This document shows positions 63,514 through 64,000 of a stretch of DNA of 64,000 nucleotides, in pieces; within the stretch, counting starts at the first letter, position 1; every line of letters starts with the position of its first letter. The notes beneath the pieces are model-generated. The model saw nothing but the letters and a program-made list of their open reading frames with translations. It did no database searches and had not been told where the DNA came from. Location: assembly GCA_016748015.1 (NCBI GenBank), contig JAAOMT010000200.1:804984-868983 (forward strand). Reading direction: 5' to 3'. Origin of the DNA: Geosiphon pyriformis uo1 (lineage: Eukaryota > Fungi > Glomeromycota). A program made the position numbers and the translations under genes.

Positions 63514-64000
63514 CGTTTTTTTTTTTTGAAAGATTCGATAAGGGTTTTTTTTTTTGAAGAAGGACGATTAAAAATACGCGAATCGTTAAATTATTCTCAA
63601 ATGAAAGGCAACGCAAATCGAGAAATTCAAAAAGGTTGAATTTTGCAGATTTTACCATAATGGCAACTAAAAAACTAGTTTGGGGAAACGGTATAATTAT
63701 TTATTATGATGATTTTTGAAATTAAAAATCTTTGAATAGAAAAAAGTAATCAAAATAAATGATTAAATAAAAAATGAAATAGATGATTTTTTTTTTTTAA
63801 ACAATTTTTTTGAGGAATATGATTCATTTATTTGTACATGTATAATGTATAATGTATAAGAGAGAGATACCTAACAAAATATTAGAAATCTAATACCATT
63901 TATTTAGTAAAAAAATTTTCCAGGAACTATTCTATGGAAAACGACGTAAAATTTTCGAAATGTAACTAAATATTGGTTAATTGTTTGTGTTGATCAAAAA

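Overview
AT-rich, intron-rich fungal genomic DNA. The gene families (Git3/cAMP-receptor-like 7TM receptors, secreted kelch-TM protein, short Sel1 proteins, class 3 lipases including a GHG variant, decayed Tc1 and hAT elements) suggest Glomeromycotina or a related early-diverging fungus; this is inference. Recognisable intact genes, with exons reconstructed by hand from GT-AG sites: msrA, a class 3 lipase, a SulP/SLC26 sulfate permease, an Amt/Mep ammonium transporter, three paralogous 8-exon 7TM receptors, a signal peptide-kelch-TM protein, two Sel1-repeat proteins, two paralogous type II membrane proteins with a tubby/LURP-like tail, and three hypothetical proteins. The main structure is a 5-6.6 kb 'GPCR + kelch-TM' unit present three times (13.1-16.6 kb inverted, 29.8-34.9 kb, 49.2-55.9 kb). 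All three receptors are intact but differ at the ECL2/TM5 junction and N-terminus, and only one kelch gene survives. A second inverted duplication (6.3-8.9 kb vs 37.1-39.3 kb) produces a nested A-B-core-B'-A' layout around the ammonium transporter. There is one 120-N assembly gap. No rRNA, tRNA or CRISPR array was found.
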